From the NCBI GenBank assembly GCA_002840565.1, contig PHBK01000003.1, forward strand, positions 47,493 through 111,492: a stretch of DNA of 64,000 nucleotides, in the 5' to 3' direction. The DNA comes from Deltaproteobacteria bacterium HGW-Deltaproteobacteria-12. GTDB lineage: Bacteria > Desulfobacterota > Syntrophia > Syntrophales > Smithellaceae. Under the pieces are notes generated by a model that worked only from the letters and a program-made list of their open reading frames with translations, ran no database searches and had not been told where the DNA came from. The position numbers and the translations under genes were made by a program. Shown in pieces: positions 9,127 to 18,199 of this stretch (its first letter is position 1; every line of letters begins with the position of its first letter).

Positions 9127-9268
9127 GCATGACCGGAATATCATTTTTTATTTCATAAAGTAATTTGCAAGTATCGCATATTAACCCGCCGTTTTTTTCA
9201 TCCCACCGCACATGACCATGACATTGCGGGCAGGCCAGAATTTCCAGCAGTTTTTCATTTAATGCCAT
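9101..9268 (-). CDS. Trm112/YcaR-family small zinc-ribbon protein (55 aa, below the ORF-track cut-off)
   Basis: Hand translation gives MALNEKLLEILACPQCHGHVRWDEKNGGLICDTCKLLYEIKNDIPVMLIEEAKKL. It has the CPxC...CxxC and 'IPVML..EA' signature. The start overlaps the upstream GT9 stop. Confidence 0.7.
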   Translation of the reverse strand: MALNEKLLEILACPQCHGHVRWDEKNGGLICDTCKLLYEIKNDIPVMLIEEAKKL

Positions 9269-10298
9269 CATTCCCTCCCGTTAACCTCTCATAAACCACG
9301 TCAAAAACATGCTCGGGCAAAATATCTTTCATGCACTTTTTTGTCGGGCACTTTTTTAAAAGGCAGGGGCTGCAAGCCAGATCAGTTCTGACTATTGTGT
9401 GCCCTTCGCCGTAGGGACCCGTTCGTTGCGGATCGGTCGGTCCGAACAGTGCAACCACCCCGGTTCCCACTGCTGCCGCCAGATGCATTGGTCCGGAGTC
9501 GGTTGTAATTACCAGCAGCGATTTTTGATAAAGATAAGCAAGCTCCGCAAGCGTTGTTGCTCCTCCCAGGTTCACAGCTTTTGTTTTCATCAGGCGAATA
9601 ATCTTTTCCAGCGGTTCTTTCTCACTTCCCGTAAAAACAACAGCGGTGTTTAACTTCGTTGTGATTAAATCTGCCAGACGGGCAAATCCGTCATTATCCC
9701 AGAGTTTTGTTTCCCAATAAGCTACGGGATTGACGGCAATGAATTTACTGTTCCCCAGGTGATGCTTTTCCAAAAGAGACTCAACACCTGCCCGGGCGGA
9801 GCTGTCTGACGGCAGAAGAAATTCAGGCCGGACAATTTCAGCGCCCAGATAACGTGGAAAATCGAGGTAGCGGTCGACGGCATGTTTGTTCATATCTTCG
9901 GGAATTTTTTCATTGTAGAACAGGCAGCTTAATTCCTGCAGAGAATCGTAGCCCAGTTTTCTTTTGCCGCCGCTGGCCAAAACAATCAGTGAACTTTTCA
10001 GCAGGCCGTGAAAATCGATGACCAGATCATAGCGGCGAGCCCGCAGTTCCTGATGAAATAATCTTATTTCCCGCCAAGTCTGCCGAATTTTACCTTTTTG
10101 GAAGTCCTTCAGCCAGCTTTTGCGCCGTGAGATCAAAACTTTATTCAGGAGAGGATGATTCTGTACTATTCCCGCCGCTGCTTCTTCCACCACCCAGGTT
10201 ATGTGCGCGGAAGGATAAAGATTTCTTAATGCCGCAAGAGACGGGAGTGTGTGAATTACATCGCCGACGGCGCTGAGCTTGACGATCAGTATATTCAT
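9255..10298 (-). CDS. LPS heptosyltransferase (GT9, WaaC-like)
   Basis: 'MNILIVKLSAVGDVIHTLPSLAAL', 'DSGPMHLAAAVGTGVVALFGPT', 'CSPC'. The ATG at 10298 forms an ATGA overlap with the gmhB stop. The track ORF extends to 10328. Confidence 0.85.
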   Translation of the reverse strand: MNILIVKLSAVGDVIHTLPSLAALRNLYPSAHITWVVEEAAAGIVQNHPLLNKVLISRRKSWLKDFQKGKIRQTWREIRLFHQELRARRYDLVIDFHGLLKSSLIVLASGGKRKLGYDSLQELSCLFYNEKIPEDMNKHAVDRYLDFPRYLGAEIVRPEFLLPSDSSARAGVESLLEKHHLGNSKFIAVNPVAYWETKLWDNDGFARLADLITTKLNTAVVFTGSEKEPLEKIIRLMKTKAVNLGGATTLAELAYLYQKSLLVITTDSGPMHLAAAVGTGVVALFGPTDPQRTGPYGEGHTIVRTDLACSPCLLKKCPTKKCMKDILPEHVFDVVYERLTGGNDGIK

Positions 10299-10891
10299 TT
10301 GATGTGCTTCCGGTTTTTTAAAATCCACTGCACGGCTTCCAGAATATCCGCAGCAATAAAGTCAGGTGTCCCCTCCGCCGTGGCCTGATCCGGGCCGTCA
10401 TCCTGCAACAAATCCTCACCATAGCCCGTCTTGACTAAAATTCCTTTTGCCCCCACTTTTTTTGCCGTTTCCATATCAATAAATCTGTCGCCCACGAAAT
10501 AAGAATTCAACAAATCGATATTCAGCTCCTGTGCGGCTTGCAGAAGCATTCCCGGTGCCGGTTTGCGGCAGTTGCATTTTTGAAGATATATTCCTTTGCC
10601 TTCCTCCGGGTGATGCGGGCAATAATAGAATTTATCGATTCGTGCGCCTTTTTGCTGCAAAAGAGCCCGCAAGCGGTTATTAACCGTATTAACAAATTCT
10701 TCGGTGAAGAATCCCCGCGCCACACCTGCCTGGTTGCTGACAACGACCGCCTTCATCCCACTGGCATTGATCAGTTTAATAGCTTCCTGGGCGGTCGGAA
10801 TTATCTTCAGTTTGTCCAGACTGTCCAGATAACCCACTTCTTCATTAATTGTTCCGTCCCGGTCAAGAAACACAGCTACATTTTTTTCCAT
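10295..10891 (-). CDS. gmhB: D-glycero-D-manno-heptose 1,7-bisphosphate phosphatase (HAD superfamily)
   Basis: 'VFLDRDGTIN' DxDGT motif, 'VVSNQAGVARG', 'CPHHP.....C.CRKP' zinc site, 'VGDR..D'. Confidence 0.85.
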   Translation of the reverse strand: MEKNVAVFLDRDGTINEEVGYLDSLDKLKIIPTAQEAIKLINASGMKAVVVSNQAGVARGFFTEEFVNTVNNRLRALLQQKGARIDKFYYCPHHPEEGKGIYLQKCNCRKPAPGMLLQAAQELNIDLLNSYFVGDRFIDMETAKKVGAKGILVKTGYGEDLLQDDGPDQATAEGTPDFIAADILEAVQWILKNRKHIK

Positions 10892-10899
10892 TTAATTTG

Positions 10900-11952
10900 C
10901 TAAACCTTATGTAAAATATTTTGGGCAACAGCGAATACATCATCCACGGATATCAGTTCCATACAACGAAAATCAGTAGGACATGTCTCTTTTAAACAGG
11001 GGCTGCAGGAAACTTCGTGACGCACGACCACAGACTGCTTACCCACGGGTGAAGTAGTCTGTGGATTAGTCGATCCGAAAATGGCGATGGTGGGGACATT
11101 TAATGCGCCGGCTATATGCATGAGTCCGGAGTCATTGCTGATAAAGAGGCGGCACTGGGAAATTAAATAAGCGGCTTCCTTCAGACCGGTTTTACCGGCA
11201 AGGTTGATGATGCTGGTTTGGGCAAGCCGGCGTACCTCTTCTGCTGTCTCTTCATCGGATTTGCCGCCCAGTAAAATTATGCGGCAGGCAAACGCACCGG
11301 CAATTTTGTCGGCTACAGCGGCAAACCTTTCCGGAAACCATCTTTTGGCCGGGCCGTAAGTAGCTCCCGGGGAGATGCCGATAATATTTTTTTCCGGTCC
11401 AGTTATATACTTTTGTAAGATGCTTCGGGCATCCGGACTGCTGATTTTTGTTTCCAGGTGCATTTCTTTATTGACGGAAACGCAGCCGAGAGCTTTGACC
11501 ATTTCGAGATAATAATCTGTCTGATGCAGCTTTTTAATTTCCCTGTTGCGTCGTACCCGATGCGTCAGCAGGCTGCCCCGGCCGTCCGAATTATACCCGG
11601 CGCGCAGGGGAATGCCGGCAGCCCAGGACATTATTGCCGCTTCGATGGCATTTTGCAAAAGAATCGCCAGGTCAAATTTCATTTTTTTCAAGCGGCGGGC
11701 CAGCCGCAGGACACCCAATGCATTGTCATATTCTTTCTCGTAAAGAATTATTTCATCAATGCCGGTGAACAGGCTGTAGATATCGGCCACCAATGGTTTG
11801 GCCAATACGGCGATATGCGCCTGGGGATATGTCGCCCGGATGGAGTCAACTGCCGGTATCGTTAAAATGGCATCGCCGATCCAGTTGGTTGCGCGAATCA
11901 GGATTTTGTTGATCCCTTCCGGCGGTAATTTCCTGTTGCTGTTCAACTTCAC
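10900..11952 (-). CDS. waaF: LPS heptosyltransferase II (GT9)
   Basis: 'KILIRATNWIGDAILTIPA', 'PGATYGPAKRWFPERFA', 'NDSGLMHIAGALNVPTIAIFGST', 'CSPC'. Confidence 0.85.
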   Translation of the reverse strand: MKLNSNRKLPPEGINKILIRATNWIGDAILTIPAVDSIRATYPQAHIAVLAKPLVADIYSLFTGIDEIILYEKEYDNALGVLRLARRLKKMKFDLAILLQNAIEAAIMSWAAGIPLRAGYNSDGRGSLLTHRVRRNREIKKLHQTDYYLEMVKALGCVSVNKEMHLETKISSPDARSILQKYITGPEKNIIGISPGATYGPAKRWFPERFAAVADKIAGAFACRIILLGGKSDEETAEEVRRLAQTSIINLAGKTGLKEAAYLISQCRLFISNDSGLMHIAGALNVPTIAIFGSTNPQTTSPVGKQSVVVRHEVSCSPCLKETCPTDFRCMELISVDDVFAVAQNILHKV

Positions 11953-11998
11953 GTGATTTACCCTCTTTTTTAGGAGCCGTTATGAATTACCAACCATG

Positions 11999-12039
11999 CC
12001 GGTCTTGTGACCTCGCATGACCTTCAGGTTATCAGGTTA
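11999..12039. repeat. Dispersed repeat core, copy 1 (CCGGTCTTGTGACCTCGCATGACCTTCAGGTTATCAGGTTA)
   Basis: It matches the reverse complement of 60534-60574 at 40 of 41 positions. Confidence 0.85.
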
Positions 12040-12097
12040 TGGCAATACTTGTTTGTTTTCTCAAATTCGTTACGGCTCCTTATGTCGGTTACAGCAT

Positions 12098-13057
12098 TTA
12101 TTTGACCAGTTTATTTTTGCTAAACGGCTTTGCCTGGCAAAGTTTCGTCTTCCAGCGCTGATGCACCCAGAACCATTGCTCGGGATATTTACTGATTTTT
12201 TCTTCGATGATCTTAGTGAAGTTTTGCGTATTGATCAAGACGTCTTTATCGCGGTCACCGGAGCGCATAATTGCCACTTTTTTGCCGATCTCCAGAACGT
12301 ACTGGCCGGACGGCAGGCGACGGGTAAAGGAAGGAAGTACCGGAGCATCTGTGTGTAATGCCAGCAGAGCCAATCCGGATGTTGTGCAGGTCTGGCGGCC
12401 GAAGAAATCCACAAAAACTCCATCATACCAGGCTACGTTTTGATCAATGAGCATATTGATCGTGGTGTTTTTTTTTAAGAGCCGGATTACCGGCCGCATT
12501 GCATTCTCCTTCGAAAGAGAGGCATTGCCGTACGAGGCACGCACGCGGGTGATGTTATCCTCCAGAAAAGGGCTGTCGAGAATCCGGTAAAGGAAGGCAA
12601 AAGGCCGGGTTGTCAGGGCCAGGGCGGCATTTCCTATTTCCCAGTTGCCAAAATGCGCGCCAAAGAGCAGCACGCCTTTTCCTTCCCCGCAGGCTTCCGT
12701 ATAGTTTTCGAGCCCTTCAATTGTAATCCATTTATGCAGATTATCTCTGTTGAAATAGGGAATATCGACAAACTCAGCGGCAACTATGGCAAAACTGAAA
12801 TACGAATGCCGCGCAATTTTAATAATTTCCGCAACCGGTTTTTCCGGAAAGGACCGCATTAAATTATGAATAGCGATAAGCCGGTGCTTCAGGGACAGAT
12901 GGTAAAAAGCTCCGGCCACGGCGACGGTGATAAACTTCCGCAGTTGCAGAGGAATAAGTCTTACCAATTTAAGAATAATAGTCTGCTGCACTTTCAATCC
13001 TTCGTCAGTCCGGCAGGAACTCCGGCGCCTGCCGGATAAGCCAGCCTTTACCGGCAT
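12098..13057 (-). CDS. Lipid A late acyltransferase / lysophospholipid acyltransferase family (LpxL/HtrB-like)
   Basis: 319 aa. N-terminal TM segment, 'GAHFGNWE' (HX4E-type acyltransferase motif), 'YPEQWFWVHQRWK' C-terminal signature of the LpxL family. Confidence 0.8.
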   Translation of the reverse strand: MPVKAGLSGRRRSSCRTDEGLKVQQTIILKLVRLIPLQLRKFITVAVAGAFYHLSLKHRLIAIHNLMRSFPEKPVAEIIKIARHSYFSFAIVAAEFVDIPYFNRDNLHKWITIEGLENYTEACGEGKGVLLFGAHFGNWEIGNAALALTTRPFAFLYRILDSPFLEDNITRVRASYGNASLSKENAMRPVIRLLKKNTTINMLIDQNVAWYDGVFVDFFGRQTCTTSGLALLALHTDAPVLPSFTRRLPSGQYVLEIGKKVAIMRSGDRDKDVLINTQNFTKIIEEKISKYPEQWFWVHQRWKTKLCQAKPFSKNKLVK

Positions 13058-13071
13058 ACGCCGGTCTGCTA

Positions 13072-13113
13072 GTCTTCAGCTCTCAGCTCTCAGCCCTCAG
13101 TCTTCAGTCTTCA
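13072..13113. repeat. Six tandem heptamers G(Y)C(Y)TCA, read as TGARRRC on the minus strand
   Basis: gtcttca gctctca gctctca gccctca gtcttca gtcttca. The array fills the lpxK-stop to lpxL-start spacer, and the last unit contains the lpxK stop. Confidence 0.85.
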
Positions 13114-14205
13114 GCCTGTCTTTCCCAGTTTACCCAAAAGGAAATTTTTTAATGAATTTTCGTCGGGAACTATTTCCAGCTCTATGCGCAATAAATAAAT
13201 CTCGTTTAAAAATTCGGTAAATTCCTGCAAACGCATGCCGTCTTTCTCTGTTGTCATGATAATATCTGCGTTGTTTTTGGACATATTATGGCGAACATTT
13301 TTCAGTTCCTGGAGGCAATAGCGATGATGATCGGGGAATATGTCCCATGAAATAACCTGCACCCCTAGGGACAGAAGGGTCTTTTTAAAGGACTCGGGCT
13401 GGGCAATGCCGGCAAAGGCGCATACTTTTTTCCCCTGCAAATCTGCCAGCGATAACTGGCGGCTGTAATCCCCTTTGATGGCGGCGACAGGCCTGTGAGC
13501 GCTCTTGAAGACAGGAGTATTCCCGGCTGCGGCTAACTTGGCAATAGCCACATTTGTCTTTGCCGACTCGTTGGTGCGCGTCAGGATAAATGCACTGGCC
13601 CTGCTCAGAGCTGTGATGGGTTCTCTCAAACTGCCCCGCGGCAGCATCTGGCCGTTTCCTAACGGCTTTTCGCTGTCCAGCAGCACTAAATTAATGTCAC
13701 GGAATATTTGCCGGTGTTGAAAAGCATCATCACAGATAAGGACATCGGCACCGAAACTATTAATGGCTGTTTTACCTGTTAATATTCTTTGGGGGCCGGT
13801 GATTATCGGAATTCCCTGCAGTGACCGGGCCATTAAATATGGTTCATCTCCGGCGCCGGCACTGGAGGCAAGAATATGGTTGCCGTCAGAAACTATATTC
13901 ACGGGGGAAGAATTGATACTGCCATACCCACGACTCAAAACCGCGGGCTTAAATCCCTGCTCCCGCAACATCCGGGCCAGCCAGATGACGCAGGGGGTTT
14001 TCCCCGTACCACCCACCGTGATATTGCCGACGCTGATTACCGGACAGGGAAGTTTGACCTCCCGGAAAATGTTATGATCATACAGCCAGTTGCGCAAATG
14101 AATAATCAGGCGGTAAAGCAGAGAAAAAGCATATAACAATGTTTTGGTTGGACTGTAACGGTTGTTGCTTCCGTCATCATTCCAGATCCTTTGCCAATTG
14201 TCCAT
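13111..14205 (-). CDS. lpxK: Tetraacyldisaccharide 4'-kinase
   Basis: 'PVISVGNITVGGTGKTP' P-loop and 'LSRGYG'. I chose the start at 'MDNWQRIW' (14205) by analogy with the usual LpxK N-terminus. The track ORF runs to 14313, inside msbA. Confidence 0.88.
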   Translation of the reverse strand: MDNWQRIWNDDGSNNRYSPTKTLLYAFSLLYRLIIHLRNWLYDHNIFREVKLPCPVISVGNITVGGTGKTPCVIWLARMLREQGFKPAVLSRGYGSINSSPVNIVSDGNHILASSAGAGDEPYLMARSLQGIPIITGPQRILTGKTAINSFGADVLICDDAFQHRQIFRDINLVLLDSEKPLGNGQMLPRGSLREPITALSRASAFILTRTNESAKTNVAIAKLAAAGNTPVFKSAHRPVAAIKGDYSRQLSLADLQGKKVCAFAGIAQPESFKKTLLSLGVQVISWDIFPDHHRYCLQELKNVRHNMSKNNADIIMTTEKDGMRLQEFTEFLNEIYLLRIELEIVPDENSLKNFLLGKLGKTG

Positions 14206-15940
14206 TTTTTGAATTATTGCCTTCATCTTTGAACTGCAAATTATAAAGCCGGAAATATTCGCCTCTTTTTGCCAGCAGTGCTTCATGATTGCCTTCTTCG
14301 ACAATTTCCCCATTGACCAAAGCTATTATTCTATCCGCATTGCGAATTGTGGAGAGCCGGTGCGCAATAACCAGGGTGGTCCGCCCTTTCATGAGATTAT
14401 CCAAGGCTTCCTGAACTTCGATTTCCGCCTCCGTATCGAGTGATGATGTTGCTTCGTCCAGAATTAAAATGGGAGCATTTTTCAGCAGGGCGCGGGCAAT
14501 AGAAATTCTTTGTTTTTCTCCGCCGGAAAGTTTCGTTCCCAGTTCGCCGATGTTGGTGTCATATTGCTTCGGCAGCTGCATGATGAAGTCGTGGGCATTG
14601 GCGGCCCTGGCGGCGTCGATTATTTCGCTTTCCGTCCTGTCTATATCGCCATAGGCAATATTATTTCTTACGGTATCGTTAAAGAGGATGGTCTGCTGGG
14701 TGACTATGGCAATCTGACTGCGCAGCGATTGCATGGAGACGTCGCGGATGTCGTGGCCGTCAATAAGAATGCGGCCGGAAGTAACATCATAGAATCGCGG
14801 GATCAGATTGACGAGTGATGTTTTTCCTCCTCCGCTCATCCCCACAAAAGCGACGACTTCCCCGGCGGAAATGGTAAGGTCGATGTTTTTTAAAACAGCC
14901 GTCTTTTCATAGCAGAAAGTGACATTTTCCACATCAATGCTCCGGGTGATCGGCGGAAGCGGGGGAGCTCCCGGCTTATCCGCGACATCAGGTATGCGGT
15001 CAATGATGCTGAATACTCTTTCGGCTCCGGCAATGCCCTGCTGAATAGTATTGTTGACATTGGTGAGTCTTTTTACCGGCTCATAAAGCATTAAAAGGGC
15101 TGCCAGAAACGAAAAAAATGTGCCGGGCGTGGAATTACCCTGGACAACATTATAACCGCCATAAAAGATCACGGCAGCAATACCCAGGCCGCCCAAAAAT
15201 TCCATCAGGGGGTGGGAAATGGCATTGACGGAAACGGCCTTCATGTTCAATTTGAATAGCCTTTCGTTTTCCGCTGCAAAGCGTTCGTTTTCATACTTTT
15301 CCATGCCGAAGGCCTTAACGATGCGGGTTCCGGAAATGGTTTCCTGCAAGAGAGAGCTGAGAGTCCCCATAGTAATTTGCGTTGATGTGGCTACGCTCCG
15401 CATTTTCTTGCCCAGACGGGATATGGGATAGATGGTAAGCGGGAAAACAATCATGGCAATAATGGCCAGTTTCCAATCAGTATAAAAAATAACAGCAATC
15501 AGTGAAATCAGAGTGACTGTATCTTTAATCAGGCTGGTAATAGCTTCAGAAGATGCCGATTGGATCGAAACGACATCATTAGTAATTCGCGACATGAGGA
15601 TCCCGGTCGGATGGTTGGTAAAAAAAGACAAGGATTGCTTCTGTATCTGTTCGTAGAGTTTATTACGCATGTTTGTGACAATTCGCAAACCGATAAAACT
15701 CATCAATATTGTCTGCCCGTAATTGCAAATGCCTTTAACAAGAAAAATTCCGATTACAGCAAGCGGAATCCATTTCAGCGTGGCCGGGTTTTTATTCAGG
15801 AAGATGTCGTCAAGGACCGGTTTAACTAATACCGCCAATGATGATTGCAGTGCTCCCGCAATTATCATGCAAATCATGGCCAGGGTAAAGCGCACGTAAT
15901 AAGGATTAGCCAGCCGTAAGAGTCGTTTGAATGTTTCCAT
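14177..15940 (-). CDS. msbA: Lipid A export ABC transporter, fused permease/ATPase
   Basis: 587 aa. Six-TM domain, Walker A 'GMSGGGKTS', 'LSGGEKQR', Walker B 'ILILDEATS'. It sits between lpxB and lpxK. Confidence 0.9.
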   Translation of the reverse strand: METFKRLLRLANPYYVRFTLAMICMIIAGALQSSLAVLVKPVLDDIFLNKNPATLKWIPLAVIGIFLVKGICNYGQTILMSFIGLRIVTNMRNKLYEQIQKQSLSFFTNHPTGILMSRITNDVVSIQSASSEAITSLIKDTVTLISLIAVIFYTDWKLAIIAMIVFPLTIYPISRLGKKMRSVATSTQITMGTLSSLLQETISGTRIVKAFGMEKYENERFAAENERLFKLNMKAVSVNAISHPLMEFLGGLGIAAVIFYGGYNVVQGNSTPGTFFSFLAALLMLYEPVKRLTNVNNTIQQGIAGAERVFSIIDRIPDVADKPGAPPLPPITRSIDVENVTFCYEKTAVLKNIDLTISAGEVVAFVGMSGGGKTSLVNLIPRFYDVTSGRILIDGHDIRDVSMQSLRSQIAIVTQQTILFNDTVRNNIAYGDIDRTESEIIDAARAANAHDFIMQLPKQYDTNIGELGTKLSGGEKQRISIARALLKNAPILILDEATSSLDTEAEIEVQEALDNLMKGRTTLVIAHRLSTIRNADRIIALVNGEIVEEGNHEALLAKRGEYFRLYNLQFKDEGNNSKNGQLAKDLE

Positions 15941-15948
15941 ATTTCCTT

Positions 15949-17088
15949 CTATAGCATATCACAGGCAAGTTTAGCAGCTCTTATTGCTGCGCCCGGATTT
16001 CCCAGTTTCGCCCGTATGGAGTTTAATTCTTTGATTATTTGCCGCTTTTTTTCATCATTTGTCAATATTGCCAATGCCTCCCGGGCAATGCGCTCCCCAG
16101 ACGCCTCGCCCTGAATCAGTTCCGGAACAATTGTTTTTCCGGCTATTATGTTGACCAGACCGATGTTCTGTACAGAAATGACCAGTTTGCCGATAAAATA
16201 AGATAAAGGAGAAATCTTATAGACGATGATCATGGGAATTCCCAAAAGCGCTGTTTCCAGAGTTGCCGTTCCGGAAGCTACAATTGCCAGATCAGCGCAG
16301 GAAATTACATCGTAGGTGTTGCCGCGAATTACATTTATTTTTATGCCCAAGCGGGAAATTATTTCGCTGATGATTTTTTCTTCCAGCGTGTCGGCCAGAG
16401 GAAGGACAAATTGGATATCAGGGATTTGTTTTTCCAGGGTTGCTGCCGCCCGCAGCATTTCCGGCAGTAATTTTTCAACTTCGGAAATCCGGCTGCCCGG
16501 CAGAAGCCCGATTGTTGTTTTGGCTCCGGCAAGATTAAATTTTTGCCGCGATTCTGTTTTGGAATAATTCCGCTTCACCAAGTCCAGCAGTGGGTGGCCG
16601 ACATAATGAACACGGAAACCTCTGCTGGCGTAAAGGTCAACTTCAAACGGCAGAATTACGGCCATTTTATTTACGAGCTTTTTAATCTGGTTGATTCTCC
16701 CCTGGCGCCACGCCCATACCTGCGGGCTGATGTAGTAAAATATTTTAATATTTCTTTTTTTGGCTGCCCTGGCGACAATATTGAGATTGAAATCAGGATA
16801 GTCAATGAGTATCACCAGGTCGGGTTTTAAATTATCAAGAGATTTCGTGAGGTTCCTGATAATCTTTATAAAGCCGAATAATTTGGAAACAACTTCCGTC
16901 AGGCCTACAACGGCAGTCTCGGCAACATTGGCCAGAAGCTTGACGCCGGACTCCGCCATCTTGTTGCCGCCAATGCCGAAAAAGTTCAGGTTGGGATCAA
17001 TCTTAAGCATTTCCTGCACAAGACTGGCGCCGTGCATATCACCTGATGCTTCACCGGCAATGATCATTACGGTTTTTGATGTTATCAT
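15949..17088 (-). CDS. lpxB: Lipid-A-disaccharide synthase
   Basis: 'IIAGEASGDMHGA.L', 'GIGG..M', 'YYISPQVWAWR', 'GSR..E', 'ASGTATLE'. Confidence 0.9.
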   Translation of the reverse strand: MITSKTVMIIAGEASGDMHGASLVQEMLKIDPNLNFFGIGGNKMAESGVKLLANVAETAVVGLTEVVSKLFGFIKIIRNLTKSLDNLKPDLVILIDYPDFNLNIVARAAKKRNIKIFYYISPQVWAWRQGRINQIKKLVNKMAVILPFEVDLYASRGFRVHYVGHPLLDLVKRNYSKTESRQKFNLAGAKTTIGLLPGSRISEVEKLLPEMLRAAATLEKQIPDIQFVLPLADTLEEKIISEIISRLGIKINVIRGNTYDVISCADLAIVASGTATLETALLGIPMIIVYKISPLSYFIGKLVISVQNIGLVNIIAGKTIVPELIQGEASGERIAREALAILTNDEKKRQIIKELNSIRAKLGNPGAAIRAAKLACDML

Positions 17089-17100
17089 GGGATTTTTTCT

Positions 17101-18198
17101 TTAAAAGGTATGGTTAATTACATCGGCAATCAGTTGAATTTCATCACCGTCCAGCTCCGGAAACATCGGCAGGGAAAGGACTTCCCGGGCGCATGCCTCA
17201 CTTAGCGGCAATTTAATTGAACTATTGTATAACTTCATGAAAACCTCCTGCTGATGCAGAGGGACGGGATAATAAACGGCGGAGGCGATGTTTTTTTCTG
17301 TCAGGGCATGAGCAATGGCTTCGCGTCGGGGAGAACGGATGGTAAACTGGTGAAAAACATGTTCGCATCCTTCCGCCACGGAAGGCAGGATGACATTTTG
17401 CTGGTTAATGGCCGCACAATAGGCGGCGGCGTTTTTCCGGCGGGCAGCGTTGAACTGATCAATATACTTTAATTTAACACGCAGAATGGCGGCCTGAATT
17501 TCATCCAGGCGGCTGTTATAGCCAACCTCCGAATGATGGTAGCGCTGCGAACTGCCGTGATTGCGCAGCATTTTTATGTGTCCGGCAACTGATTCACTTT
17601 TGGTGATGACCATGCCGCCGTCGCCGTATCCGCCTAAATTTTTGCTGGGGAAAAAACTGAAACACCCCATATCGCCGATGGTGCCGACTAATTGAGTCTT
17701 ATATTTCGCTCCAAACGCCTGCGCACAATCTTCAATGACTCGCAGATCGTTTTTGGCGGCTATTTTCATGATCGGGTCCATATCGGCCGGATGGCCGAAC
17801 AAATGGACCGGAATGATCGCTTTTGTTCGGGAAGTTATCTTTTCCGCAAGCAGGCTCGGGTCAAGGTTAAAAGTGTTCGGACATATGTCTGCAAAAACCG
17901 GAGTGGCTCCTAATTGCGCGATTACTTCCGCCGTGGCAATAAAGGTGAATGGTGATGTAATTACCTCGTCACCGCTCTTGATGCCGCAGGCCCTGAGAGC
18001 TAACAGCAAGGCATCCGTGCCGTTGGCGACGCCGATGGCATAAGGCAATTGGTGATAGGCGGCGACTTCTTGTTCGAAAAGGCTCACATTCGGACCGAGA
18101 ATAAATTGTGTCTGCTCCAGAACATCACTTACAGCGGCATCAATTTCTGTTTTTAGGGTCCGGTACTGCCTCTTTAAATCCACCATCGGGATCGTCAT
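17101..18198 (-). CDS. DegT/DnrJ/EryC1-family PLP aminotransferase (GnnB-like, UDP-3-keto-GlcNAc transaminase candidate)
   Basis: 'GVANGTDAL', 'FFPSKNLGGYGDGG' (PLP lysine region), 'NSRLDEIQAA'. It lies between lpxA and lpxB next to a Gfo/Idh/MocA oxidoreductase. Confidence 0.8.
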   Translation of the reverse strand: MTIPMVDLKRQYRTLKTEIDAAVSDVLEQTQFILGPNVSLFEQEVAAYHQLPYAIGVANGTDALLLALRACGIKSGDEVITSPFTFIATAEVIAQLGATPVFADICPNTFNLDPSLLAEKITSRTKAIIPVHLFGHPADMDPIMKIAAKNDLRVIEDCAQAFGAKYKTQLVGTIGDMGCFSFFPSKNLGGYGDGGMVITKSESVAGHIKMLRNHGSSQRYHHSEVGYNSRLDEIQAAILRVKLKYIDQFNAARRKNAAAYCAAINQQNVILPSVAEGCEHVFHQFTIRSPRREAIAHALTEKNIASAVYYPVPLHQQEVFMKLYNSSIKLPLSEACAREVLSLPMFPELDGDEIQLIADVINHTF

Positions 18199-18199
18199 T

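Noticed and set aside
12017-12358. 113-aa plus-strand ORF starting 'MTFRLSGYG'
   Set aside because: Its 5' part is the dispersed repeat core (11999-12039), and the rest is antisense to the lpxL-like gene.
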